DNA of 64,000 nucleotides. Origin: Abditibacterium sp. (lineage in GTDB: Bacteria; Armatimonadota; Abditibacteriia; Abditibacteriales; Abditibacteriaceae). Under the pieces are notes generated by a model. It made no database searches. It saw only the letters and a list, made by a program, of their open reading frames with translations, and had not been told where the DNA came from. Within the stretch, counting starts at the first letter, position 1; every line of letters starts with the position of its first letter. The stretch is from contig CBDASK010000003.1 of assembly GCA_965199495.1 (NCBI GenBank), positions 512,001-576,000 of the forward strand. Reading direction: 5' to 3'. Shown here piece after piece: positions 17,391-27,271 of the stretch. A program made the position numbers and the translations under genes.

Positions 17391-19889
17391 TCACAGCGCG
17401 CAGTTGAGGCGATTTGCGTGGTGCGATTGCAAAACTGAGCTTTTGTCCACGCCCGCCGTCAATTCGAGAGCGCCGCTTTTCAATTGCGGGGCGCTGGCGT
17501 GCACGACGATTTTTCCATGCGCGCCTTTTTGGGCGCGCACGATGACCAGCGCCAAACCATTAAACGCGCGGCGAGAGTGCGAGTGAAACGCCGTCAAATC
17601 GGTCGCGTCGCCGTTATCGGTCGCCACGATCTCGCCCGCGCCTTCGACCGAAAAACTCAATTCGTCATGCGAGCGCGGCACTATCAATCCCTGCGCATCG
17701 GCGATTTTTATCGTGATAAACGACAAATCGTCGCCATCGCTTTTAATCGTAGCACGGTCGGCGATCATCTCGATGCGCGTGGCTGCGCCGGTCGTTTTCA
17801 CCGTTTCGCTCGCCCACTTCGCGCCGTTTTTGTAAGCCACGACACGCAATTCACCGGGATCATAAATAACGTTGTCCCAGCGCAAACGATATTCAAATTC
17901 GCCCTTTTTGCGACGGCCCAGACTTTGGCCGTTGAGGAACAGTTCGGCTTCGTCGCCCGACGTGTAAACGTGAACCGGCGTGATTTGCCCGACGCGTTCG
18001 GGCCAGTTCCAGTGCGGCAGAATGTGCGCCATCGGAAAGTCGGGACGCCAGCGCGCCTGATAAAGATAAAAGCGATCTTTGGGGAAACCGGCCAAATCAA
18101 CGATGCCAAAATACGAACTGCGCGCCGGACTTTTGATGCGGCCCAGTTCGGCCAACTGCTTTTCGGCGCGCGCTCGCTCGGCGGGATCGGAATAGTTGAG
18201 CAGATTGGTCGGGTCGTCGTTGTAAGGCGTCGGCTCGCCTAGATAATCGAAGCCCGTCCACACGAACTCGCCCGCCATCGCCGGATTTTGGTCTTGCCCG
18301 GCGAATTCTACATCGGGCGTTTGCGCCCAATCAGGAAAAAACAGATCGTAGGAACTGACCTGAAAATTGGCTTGATTCGCGGCGACTTCGCCCGAAACCG
18401 GAAAGAAATACTCGCCGCGCGACGAAAGCGTCGAAGCGGTTTCGCTGCCGTAAAGCGGAATTTGCGGGTTGGTTTTGCCAAAGCGCGCGTAAAGATGCGG
18501 CTTGTAATTGTAGCCGAAAACATCCATCGTTGTCTCGAAACCGTTGAACGCTGCTTCGGGCAGGTTACTGCCGCTGGTTACGGGCCGTGTCGCGTCGTGT
18601 TTGCGCACGATTTCAGTGAGAAAGCGCGAGATTTGATGGCCGTCTTCGCCCCACTGCTCGCCGACTTCGTTGCCCGAACTCCACGCGATAACGCACGGAT
18701 GATTACGGTCGCGCCGCACCATGGCGGCGATATCTTTTTCGGCCCATTCATCGAAAAGACGCGCGTAACCGTTGGGTTTTTTAGCGTCTTTCCAAGTATC
18801 GGAAAACTCATCGATCACCAGAAAGCCCATTTCGTCGCACAAATCCAACCATTCGGGCGCGGGTGGATTGTGGCTGCACCGGATCGCGTTAACGCCCATC
18901 TTTTGCAAAATTTCCAGTTGCCGCTGTGCCGCGCGCGCGTTCCAGGCCGCGCCCAGAGCACCCAAGTCGTGGTGCAGACAAACACCCCTGAGTGGCACGA
19001 CCTCGCCGTTAAGCAAAAAGCCGCGCTCGGCATTCCACTCGATTTCGCGGATGCCAAAACGTGTTTGGTAACGGTCGAGAGTCTGCTCGCCCAGCTTGAT
19101 CTGCGAAACCAGCGTATAGAGATGCCGCTCCTCAAGCGTCCACTGGCGCGCATTGGCAATGACGAGCGTCGCGTCCACGGTTTGCCCGGCACCCGCCGCC
19201 AGTTCGAGGCGCGTTTGGTTGGTCGCCACGGTATTGAAGTCGGCGTCCAGCACCGTCGAAACCAACGTCACCTCGCGCGCGCCATTGTCCTCGTTGCACA
19301 GCTCAATTTTAGCGCTCACACGCGCGCCGGTGCCCTCGATTTGAGTCGAAATTTGCGTGCCCCAGTGCGCGACGTGAACGCGCTCAGTCGTCAGCAAAAA
19401 GACGTTGCGATAGAGGCCGCCACCTGGATACCAGCGCGACGAATCGGGTGGATTGTCCAACCGAATCGCCAGCACGTTGGGCGCGTCGGGTTGAAGAAAT
19501 GGCATCAAATCGAGTGCCCACGACGTGTAGCCGTAAGGCCAGCCACCGACATAATGCCCGTTGCACCAGACTTTGGAAAAAGACATCGCGCCCTCGATTT
19601 CCAGCGTAAAATTCTTGTTCCGTTCATGCTGGGCGACTACGAACGTTTTGCGATACCAACCCACGCCCGCCCAAGGCAGTTTGCCAGTCTCGCCGGGCAA
19701 ATTGATGTCGAAGTCACCTTCAACTCCCCAGTCATGCGGTAAGTCCAAGGCGCGCCAACTCGTATCGTCGTAATCCACGCGTTGCGGCAAAACGTCACTC
19801 AAATCGCCCCGATAAAAGCGCCAGCCGGCATTAAAAAGAGCGCGCTCACGCGTCACGGATTCGGCAAATTGGAAGAGCATATAAAGCAA
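17391..19889 (-). CDS. GH2 beta-galactosidase (DUF4982-type C-terminus)
   Basis: LPHDW, SRWYPGGGLYR, HHDLGALG, RCSHNPP, WSSGNE, WTGFDYLGEPTP. Confidence 0.93.
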   Translation of the reverse strand: MLYMLFQFAESVTRERALFNAGWRFYRGDLSDVLPQRVDYDDTSWRALDLPHDWGVEGDFDINLPGETGKLPWAGVGWYRKTFVVAQHERNKNFTLEIEGAMSFSKVWCNGHYVGGWPYGYTSWALDLMPFLQPDAPNVLAIRLDNPPDSSRWYPGGGLYRNVFLLTTERVHVAHWGTQISTQIEGTGARVSAKIELCNEDNGAREVTLVSTVLDADFNTVATNQTRLELAAGAGQTVDATLVIANARQWTLEERHLYTLVSQIKLGEQTLDRYQTRFGIREIEWNAERGFLLNGEVVPLRGVCLHHDLGALGAAWNARAAQRQLEILQKMGVNAIRCSHNPPAPEWLDLCDEMGFLVIDEFSDTWKDAKKPNGYARLFDEWAEKDIAAMVRRDRNHPCVIAWSSGNEVGEQWGEDGHQISRFLTEIVRKHDATRPVTSGSNLPEAAFNGFETTMDVFGYNYKPHLYARFGKTNPQIPLYGSETASTLSSRGEYFFPVSGEVAANQANFQVSSYDLFFPDWAQTPDVEFAGQDQNPAMAGEFVWTGFDYLGEPTPYNDDPTNLLNYSDPAERARAEKQLAELGRIKSPARSSYFGIVDLAGFPKDRFYLYQARWRPDFPMAHILPHWNWPERVGQITPVHVYTSGDEAELFLNGQSLGRRKKGEFEYRLRWDNVIYDPGELRVVAYKNGAKWASETVKTTGAATRIEMIADRATIKSDGDDLSFITIKIADAQGLIVPRSHDELSFSVEGAGEIVATDNGDATDLTAFHSHSRRAFNGLALVIVRAQKGAHGKIVVHASAPQLKSGALELTAGVDKSSVLQSHHANRLNCAL

Positions 19890-20128
19890 AGTTATAGCAT
19901 ATAAACCCGATAAAAATTGCGGTTCAACGCCGCAAAGACCGGCAGAATTTTCTAATCACGTCACAAAACGTTTGCTTCGCTCTGCGGATTAGAAATTTAA
20001 GAATGCAACCGTCGAGCAAGCTGAGACTTTATTAAACCTCTTGTATAAGTCTTCATTTCAACGAGCAGTGAGCGCCTTACGTTGTAATATTCCAGTTCAT
20101 CGTGGCTCTTCTGACAAAGCGAAGCTGA

Positions 20129-20312
20129 CTTACATAATTCACTTTACGCGGTTGGGTTATGGTAGGGCACATCTAAGGCGTTTTGAGCGTGAGAAGGGAT
20201 CGAATTCTCTCACGTTTATTTTCGATTGAGGCACTTTCATTTTTCTGGAAGCCCATATCTACGCGCGGACAGATACTACGATAACCCGACCGCGTAAAGT
20301 GAGTTATGTAAG
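20129..20312. repeat. MITE-like element, 37-bp inverted arms (20129-20165 / 20276-20312)
   Basis: 3 mismatches between the arms; arms related to the outer arms of 61863-62068. Confidence 0.8.
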
Positions 20313-20354
20313 AGGTCTATTTATTTGCGCGGTCTTGCGAAATTTCGCTTCCAA

Positions 20355-21545
20355 TTATTGGTTGGAACGTGGGGTTTGCGCGCTCAACGCGTCGAGCGCC
20401 GGAAGCGCCTCAAACTTATCGTTAAACAGCATTTTAGGGCCGAGATAATGCCCTAGACCTTCAATCGGCACCCATTCGGGCGCCCACCAAATTAGGCCGC
20501 GCCCCAATCCATTGGGCACTTCGCTCATAGTTTGGGTCAGGCTTTGCAGCCACGCCTTCTGACCTGCGGGCGTGGGCGGGAACTCCCACTGCGCGCGTTT
20601 GGCGCTATCGTTTTCGGCAAAGGGATAATTGGTCTCGGCCAAAATGATTGGCTTTTTGTAAGTCTGCGCCAACTCTTCCAAAGACGATTTCAATTGCGCC
20701 ATGCGCGTGTCAGGGCCAGGATAGTAGCTTAAGCCGATCACGTCGAAATCGATTCCGCCGCTTTTTTTGTCCAACTCGCTAAAAAACCATTTCCACAGAT
20801 CGGTATCGGCGTTGACGATGTGAATCATGATGAGCGGCATTTTCGCGCCGACTGCGCCACGCCTGACGCCCGCAACTCCGGCGCGAAACAGCGTCGCGTA
20901 GCGCGCCCAACCGCCCGCTTCGAGCGTTTTGCCGTCGGGCCATAACATTCCGTTGGGCGTTTCATTGCCGATCTGCACCATATCGGGCATCGCGCCATTT
21001 TCTCGAAATTGGGTGACGGCATCGCAACTGTAATCTGCGACTTTGCGCGTCAATTCCTCGAAATCCAACGCTTTCCAGGCCGCCGGTTTGGTTTGATGAC
21101 CTGGATCGGCCCAGGTGTCAGAGTAGTGAATATCGAGCAAAAACAGCAGGCCCGCCGCCTTAACGCGTTTGGCGAGCGCGAGCGTATAAGGCAAATCGTT
21201 GACGTTCATATTTTTACCATCGGGCGCCACCCACAATCGCAAACGCACGATGTTAGCGCCACGCGCCTTCATCATCTCCAGCACGTCTCCCTCTTCCTCA
21301 TTGCGGGAATAACGCCCGCCTAATTCTTCGATACGCGCCAGAAATGAAAGGTCGCCACCTACCACAAAAGGCACTGCTGCGGGTGAAACGCGCCCAAACG
21401 GTGGCGCCTTCTCGTCGGCGCGCGCAGCAACGCTGAGCGTTAGCCAAATGCCAAGCGCCATTAGTGCCCACGCACGCGCGAATTTCGAACTTGATATAAC
21501 GTTAAACTTCGGGTTGAATGGAAGAGTGTTTAAAGTAATTTTCAT
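20355..21545 (-). CDS. GH53 endo-1,4-beta-galactanase, secreted
   Basis: GGDLS, DIHYSDTWADPG, QIGNE, AETNYP; start position uncertain. Confidence 0.92.
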   Translation of the reverse strand: MKITLNTLPFNPKFNVISSSKFARAWALMALGIWLTLSVAARADEKAPPFGRVSPAAVPFVVGGDLSFLARIEELGGRYSRNEEEGDVLEMMKARGANIVRLRLWVAPDGKNMNVNDLPYTLALAKRVKAAGLLFLLDIHYSDTWADPGHQTKPAAWKALDFEELTRKVADYSCDAVTQFRENGAMPDMVQIGNETPNGMLWPDGKTLEAGGWARYATLFRAGVAGVRRGAVGAKMPLIMIHIVNADTDLWKWFFSELDKKSGGIDFDVIGLSYYPGPDTRMAQLKSSLEELAQTYKKPIILAETNYPFAENDSAKRAQWEFPPTPAGQKAWLQSLTQTMSEVPNGLGRGLIWWAPEWVPIEGLGHYLGPKMLFNDKFEALPALDALSAQTPRSNQ

Positions 21546-21656
21546 AAGTTTTTCAGTCGCAGTTAGAGAATGTCGGAGCGTCCAGGTTGCGCTGGGGGCG
21601 ATAGTCATTGGGGGCGGGCCGTCGAACTCGCTGGAGTTTTGCGGTAAAATAGAGCT

Positions 21657-22664
21657 ATGGTCAAGCCAAATCGAGCTAAAATGAAGGATGTCGCTGAGCG
21701 CGCGGGCGTGAGCTTGATGGCGGTTTCGCTGGCGCTTCGCGATGACCAGTCGTCCGCGCGCATCGGCGCCGAAACACGCGAGCGCATTTTGCAGATAGCA
21801 CGCGAGTTGTCTTATTCGCCCAGCGCGCGCGCACGCGATTTACGATCGGGCGTGACCAACGTCATCGGGCTTTACGCGGGGCATGGATTTGTCAACGTGC
21901 GCCTCCCGTTTTTTACCGAAATCGTGGCAGGTTTGCAGGCCGGGTGCGAAGAGTTCGGCAAAGATTTACTGATTCACGGCACGTTTCGCAACCGTTCCAA
22001 AGACGCGATTTGGAACGAACTGCGCGATGGCCGCATTGATGGGTTAATCGTCAATATGCCGCACAGCGATCCTTTGGCGCGGCTGTTGGCGCAGTCGCAC
22101 TTGCCGGTCGTGGCTATCGCCGACGCCCTGCCCCAAATTCCTTCGGTTGTGGTAGATGACGCTACCGGCGCGCAACTCATTGCCCGGCATCTGGCAGCAC
22201 GTGGCTACAGTAGTTGTCTCTATGTGGACAGCGGAGTTCATGCGATTTCCGCGTTACGGCGGCGCCACGCGTTCATCGAGAGTGCACTGCAACTGGGGCT
22301 TTCCACTGAAGAAGTTCCGCTGCAATCGGGCGCGCCAGCAGGCTTGGAGTTGCTGGAGAACTGGCGCGCGCGTCCCGTCAGCAGTCGTCCACGCGCCATC
22401 GTGTGCTGGAACGATGGTTTCGCCTACGACTTACTGGCCCAGTGTCGGACGCTTCAAATCGAGGTGCCGGGCGAAGTCGCCATCGTCGGATTTGATGGGT
22501 GCCCCACGCCTTACCAGGAGTTTTGGGCGCTCTCGACGGTGAGCGCGCCGTGGGCAAAAGCCGCACAAAACGCTGTCGAATTGCTCAATAATTTGATCGC
22601 GGGCCAAGAAATTCCTCAAGAAACGGTTCTTCCCGTCGAGATGATCGAAGGACAGACTTCATGA
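21657..22664 (+). CDS. LacI-family transcriptional regulator
   Basis: MKDVAERAGVSLMAVS HTH, periplasmic-binding-protein-like C-terminus (IVGFDG). Confidence 0.95.
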   Translation: MVKPNRAKMKDVAERAGVSLMAVSLALRDDQSSARIGAETRERILQIARELSYSPSARARDLRSGVTNVIGLYAGHGFVNVRLPFFTEIVAGLQAGCEEFGKDLLIHGTFRNRSKDAIWNELRDGRIDGLIVNMPHSDPLARLLAQSHLPVVAIADALPQIPSVVVDDATGAQLIARHLAARGYSSCLYVDSGVHAISALRRRHAFIESALQLGLSTEEVPLQSGAPAGLELLENWRARPVSSRPRAIVCWNDGFAYDLLAQCRTLQIEVPGEVAIVGFDGCPTPYQEFWALSTVSAPWAKAAQNAVELLNNLIAGQEIPQETVLPVEMIEGQTS

Positions 22665-22887
22665 TTTTGGTGCAGGCCAAAATCGGATAGATAGCACATT
22701 TGGGGAGTGGCGCGCGGAAACACGGAAAACGAATATGTCGCTTTCTCACACCTAAACATCACTAATTATGATTAAACGTCAACTCCGGTTTTGACTTTCC
22801 ACTTGATGAGCAGACATCCTATCATCGGCACTTCTGACAACCCAATACTTGCGCTCTATTATTTTCGCTTATTTTACTTTTTGGTGT

Positions 22888-23444
22888 ATGAACACCAACA
22901 TTTCACCCGATAACTTTTCGCGCGAACCCAACTCATCCAACACCGACACCAATGACTCAGCTAATATTTCTCGTTGCTCGCAGTGGGACGAAGACGAGAT
23001 ATTCGACGGTCGTCCTAAACCTACTACCATCCACGTTCTCGTCGTCTCGCCCGGCGAAGCGCCCTATTCGCACGAACTCGACAACACCCTCGAAGCCATG
23101 CAAGAATTCATCGGTGGCACCTTAACTTCGTTCGACACTGGCGTGTTCGATACGGTCGGTATCGCCCACGACGAGGGCCTCTTGCTCCGTCTGCCGCTCA
23201 ACCGCTTAATTCCCACGACCGGCGCCGCATCTTTGGCACCTTCTTCGTGGCGGGCAACGGCATCAACCTACACTCGCTCAACCCGGAGCAGATGGCCGTA
23301 GCCGCCAAAGTTTTCCAACATTCGTTGCGGCTCCAGCAACTCGCCCAACTGCTGCAACGCAAACGCGCTAATTTCGACAACGCGGACGATTATTGCGTCT
23401 TCACAGGAGTTTCTGTTCGATGTTTCACAGATGGTGTAATCTGA
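22888..23444 (+). pseudogene. DUF3846-like protein, frameshifted near 23225
   Basis: VLVVSPG...NTLEAMQEFIGG...DEGLL..LPLNR, continuing in another frame. Confidence 0.55.
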
Positions 23445-23734
23445 AATGGTGAAAGCCTCTCTTTACGTTCGGCCAACTCACAGCAAAACTGGGTGGTAGG
23501 TCATCAAGATGAAATGTGGTTTTCTCGTTACGCCACACCTCATCTTCACGCTTGGACTGCGGCTAAAGCCATGCCTTTAGAACTCAAAACGCCTCCTCGA
23601 ACTCAAACTCCAGACCAAACCTCGGCCAAAGCACTGACTTGCTATGTTCTTTTACGCGAAAATAACGGAGGGATGCTCTTACGTTTTGTGGCTACCCTCG
23701 TCGAAGCCGAATTGCGCGTGCCGCAACTAACGTC

Positions 23735-25135
23735 ATGAGAAAAATTCTTTCGCTCTTAGCGCTGCTTTGTGTTTTCATCGCGCGCGCCCACGCCGACGAG
23801 CCGGAGGACGGGAAACTTTGGGTTCACGATCCCTCGCGTGCCCTCGAATGCGACGGCAAATTTTACCTTTATACCACCGGCGAGTTCATTCCTTCACGCG
23901 TTTTGAGCGATTTGATTCGTTGGGAAAAAGGCCCGAACGTTTTAGAAAAAGTGCCCGATTGGATGAAAAAATTGGTTCCTAAAGCCGACGGCAAATTCGT
24001 GTGGGCGCCCGACGTGATCAAGAGCAAGGACGAATACTGGCTCTTCTATTCTTATTCAACTTTCGGCAGTCAGACCTCGGCGATTGGTCTGCTTTCCAAT
24101 TCAACTTTAGACCCGTCCAAGCCCGATTATAAATGGGAGGACAAAGGTTTAGTGCTCGCCACCAACGGCACGCAAAAGGCCAACGCTATCGATCCGGCGC
24201 CAGTTTTCGACGGCCAGAAATTGTGGCTGAGTTACGGTTCGTGGGACAAAGGCGGCATTCACCTGGTGCAACTCGACGCTCAAACCGGCAAGCCGCTGGG
24301 CGCGCCGTTTTCGATTGCCAGCGGCCAACCGACCGGCCCGGAGGCGCCTTATCTTACTTTTCACGACGGCTATTTTTATTTGTTCGAGAACGAAGGTTTG
24401 TGCTGCAAAGGTTTGAACAGTACTTACCGCGTAATGATGGGCCGCGCCCGCGACGTGGCTGGGCCTTACCTCGACAAAAATGGGAAGGAATTAGACAAAG
24501 GCGGCGGCAGCGTGTTTCTGGAAACCGAGGGAGAAATCGTCGGGCTGGGGCATATCGGCATCGTTGTGCGCGCTGGTCTGGAGCGCGTGACCTTTCATTA
24601 TTACGGCGGCCAAACCAATGGCGTGCCGACTCTGGGCACGCGCGATTTGGTGTGCGACGCGCAGGGCTGGCCCGTAGCCACGCCGCCTTTGGCCGGCGGG
24701 CGTTACGTCCTTATCAACCGCGAGAGCGGTCTGGCGTTGGGCGTTCACAACCGCAGTTTGAACGCGGGTGCGCCACTCGATCAGTTCGCGTTTAATGGCG
24801 ACACCCTACAAAGCTGGAACGTCGTGCCGCTGGGCGATGGGTTCTATGGAATCGCGTCGCTGGGCAGCGGTCAATGGCTCGATCTGTTCGAGTGCAGTTC
24901 GACGAACGGCGCCAAGATCAGCCAATTTCCTTGGCAGAACAACGATTGCCAACGCTGGCGCATCGAAGCCGTCGATCCGGACGTTTATCGGTTGATTTGC
25001 AAAGGTGGCGGCACTGCCTTGACTTTGCCGGGCGGCGACAAAACGTCTCGCGCGCTCATGCAAGCGCAGAAATGGACGGGTGCGCGCGCCAGCAGTGGAT
25101 TTTCCGAGCATTGCCTTAGCGTTGCACTGGTTTGA
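23735..25135 (+). CDS. GH43 arabinanase-like enzyme with C-terminal ricin/CBM13 domain
   Basis: HDPS, WAPD, NAIDP, EAP; QxW repeats; the extreme C-terminus may be frameshifted. Confidence 0.9.
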   Translation: MRKILSLLALLCVFIARAHADEPEDGKLWVHDPSRALECDGKFYLYTTGEFIPSRVLSDLIRWEKGPNVLEKVPDWMKKLVPKADGKFVWAPDVIKSKDEYWLFYSYSTFGSQTSAIGLLSNSTLDPSKPDYKWEDKGLVLATNGTQKANAIDPAPVFDGQKLWLSYGSWDKGGIHLVQLDAQTGKPLGAPFSIASGQPTGPEAPYLTFHDGYFYLFENEGLCCKGLNSTYRVMMGRARDVAGPYLDKNGKELDKGGGSVFLETEGEIVGLGHIGIVVRAGLERVTFHYYGGQTNGVPTLGTRDLVCDAQGWPVATPPLAGGRYVLINRESGLALGVHNRSLNAGAPLDQFAFNGDTLQSWNVVPLGDGFYGIASLGSGQWLDLFECSSTNGAKISQFPWQNNDCQRWRIEAVDPDVYRLICKGGGTALTLPGGDKTSRALMQAQKWTGARASSGFSEHCLSVALV

Positions 25136-25146
25136 AGGGAAACTTA

Positions 25147-25214
25147 TAATCACTCAAGTGGCCCTCGCCCTGTATGAAGTGGCGGGTAGGCTTTTAGGGC
25201 CACCTGAGTAGTTA
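25147..25214. repeat. imperfect 19-bp inverted repeat
   Basis: TAATCACTCAAGTGGCCCT / AGGGCCACCTGAGTAGTTA. Confidence 0.55.
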
Positions 25215-25229
25215 CGCAAATTCTTTTTT

Positions 25230-27269
25230 ATGTCACTCTCTTCCGTCTCCGCGCCGACATCCGCACCCACCGCCGAAAATACCACACACCAACGCGGCGT
25301 CACACCGCGCGTTGTCGTTTTGTCGTTGCTCATTGCCGTGTTTTTGGCCTACGTCATTCCGGTTATTGACTACAAGTTCTTCAACACCTTTCTGGGCGCG
25401 ACTCACTTGCCTCCAGGCGCTGTCGGCGCGTTAATCTTGTTGATTTTGGTCGTCAATCCATTGCTACGATTGTTGTCGAAACGATTAACTCTGTCGCGCA
25501 ACGAAGTATTGACGGTTTACCTGACTTGTCTATTTTCAACTTTGACGGTTGGTATCGGCGGCAACAACTATTTTGTATCGTTTATTATCGGCTCGTTCTA
25601 TTACTCAACGCGCGAGAATCGTTGGTTCGATGCGCTCAAAGGTTTGCCTTCGTGGTTCACTCCGGCGTTGGGGCCGCAGGGCAGTTACAATCGAGTTTTG
25701 GTGGAGAATTGGTATACCGGCATCGGCGCCAACCAAGCCGTTCCGTGGGCGGCGTGGCTGGTGCCACTATGCGCGTGGGGTTTGTTTTTCGCGGCGGCGT
25801 TTTGGATGATGGCTTGTCTGAGCGTGATGCTACGCGCGCAGTGGGGCGACCACGAAGTTCTGTCGTTTCCGCTTTTGCGCTTGCCGCTCGAAATGACGCG
25901 CGACATGGACGAGACGCGCCAAGTGCCGCCGTTTTTCCGCGACGCGTTGATGTGGAGCGGCTTCGCCATCGTCGTTTTTATTCAGGGCATGAACGGGCTA
26001 AACCTCTACTTTCCAGACGTGCCCGCGTTTCCGCTGAGCATCAACACGGCGCCGCTTCTAACCGAAGCTCCGTGGAATCAGGTGCCGTGGCTGCCGCTGC
26101 AAATCTTCCCGATTGCCGTCGGCATTTCCTATCTGCTGACCGCCGAAATCGCGTTCTCATTGTGGGCGTTTTTCCTGCTCTTCAAGATGCAATATATCTT
26201 GGCCTACACGCTGGGATGGGCGCCCAATTCGCTGCCTAACGTGCCGCAGTCGGGCACCAAAGTTTTCATCGGCTATCAGGAAGTTGGCGCGTATCTGGCC
26301 TATGCGGTTCTGATTTTTTGGAGCGCGCGGCGTCATTTCGCCCATATCTGGCGCCGCGCGACGGGTCGCGAACGCGCCGGAGAAGTCGAACGCTCGGAAG
26401 CTCTGCCCTACCCGGTCGCGTTATGGGGCTTTGTGATCGGCTTTGCCGTTATGGTCGTCTGGGGCATGGCGGCGGGCATGAGTCTGACGCTTTCGCTATT
26501 GTTGTGGATTTCTTATGTCGTGATTGCCGTCGTTTTATCGCGTGTGGTGGCCGAGGGCGGACTGTTGTTTGTGCATCACACCTGGATGCCGCTGGGCAGT
26601 CTGGCGGGATTGTTCGGTCAGGGCGCCGGAACGCTGCTATCGCCCGCCGCCGGAGCCGCGCCCGCCGCGTTCATCGAAGTGGCGACAATTCAGGATTTCC
26701 GCGCCAGTCTGATGCCGTCTTTCGTGCAGTCGTTCAAGTTGGCGCACGACCGAGGCATCGCCGCGCGTCCGCTACTCTGGTTGATAGGCGCGGTGATCCT
26801 GGTCGGCATGGTCGTCGGTTTTGTGATGAACGTGCAGATGGGTTATCGCGGCGGCGGTTTGGGTTTGCAGGGTTGGCTCCAATTTTCCGGCCCGCGCATG
26901 GCGGCCAGCAGCGCTTATGGCATGAACACCACCACCGTCAATCCCGACGCAACGGCGTGGATTTTTACCGTCGTGGGCATCGCCGTTATCGCCATGACAG
27001 TGCTGTTGCGCGCGCGTTTCGCGTGGTTTCCGTTTCACCCACTGGGTTATCTGATGGCGACGAGCTATCCGGCCCACGCGTTCTGGTTCTCGATCTTCCT
27101 GGGCTGGCTCGCCAAAACGCTGATCGGACGCTACGGCGGCACCGACAGCGCGCGCCGCGCGCTACCGTTTTTCTTGGGCCTGGCGCTGGGCGATGTCTGT
27201 ATGATGCTGTTTTGGATCGGCGTGGACGGTTATTTTGGCCGCACCGGACACCAATTGATGCCGGGCTAA
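25230..27269 (+). CDS. DUF6785/DUF6784-like polytopic membrane protein (putative transporter)
   Basis: many TM helices; QW...E.L.FPL, RVVAEGG, WFPFHPLGY, PFFLGL. Confidence 0.8.
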   Translation: MSLSSVSAPTSAPTAENTTHQRGVTPRVVVLSLLIAVFLAYVIPVIDYKFFNTFLGATHLPPGAVGALILLILVVNPLLRLLSKRLTLSRNEVLTVYLTCLFSTLTVGIGGNNYFVSFIIGSFYYSTRENRWFDALKGLPSWFTPALGPQGSYNRVLVENWYTGIGANQAVPWAAWLVPLCAWGLFFAAAFWMMACLSVMLRAQWGDHEVLSFPLLRLPLEMTRDMDETRQVPPFFRDALMWSGFAIVVFIQGMNGLNLYFPDVPAFPLSINTAPLLTEAPWNQVPWLPLQIFPIAVGISYLLTAEIAFSLWAFFLLFKMQYILAYTLGWAPNSLPNVPQSGTKVFIGYQEVGAYLAYAVLIFWSARRHFAHIWRRATGRERAGEVERSEALPYPVALWGFVIGFAVMVVWGMAAGMSLTLSLLLWISYVVIAVVLSRVVAEGGLLFVHHTWMPLGSLAGLFGQGAGTLLSPAAGAAPAAFIEVATIQDFRASLMPSFVQSFKLAHDRGIAARPLLWLIGAVILVGMVVGFVMNVQMGYRGGGLGLQGWLQFSGPRMAASSAYGMNTTTVNPDATAWIFTVVGIAVIAMTVLLRARFAWFPFHPLGYLMATSYPAHAFWFSIFLGWLAKTLIGRYGGTDSARRALPFFLGLALGDVCMMLFWIGVDGYFGRTGHQLMPG

Positions 27270-27271
27270 GT

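Noticed and set aside
18288..19742. 484-aa plus-strand ORF and similar long antisense or alternate-frame ORFs (8521, 26318, 46224, 59523, 61211)
   Set aside because: They are shadows of well-supported genes in GC-rich DNA and carry no motifs.
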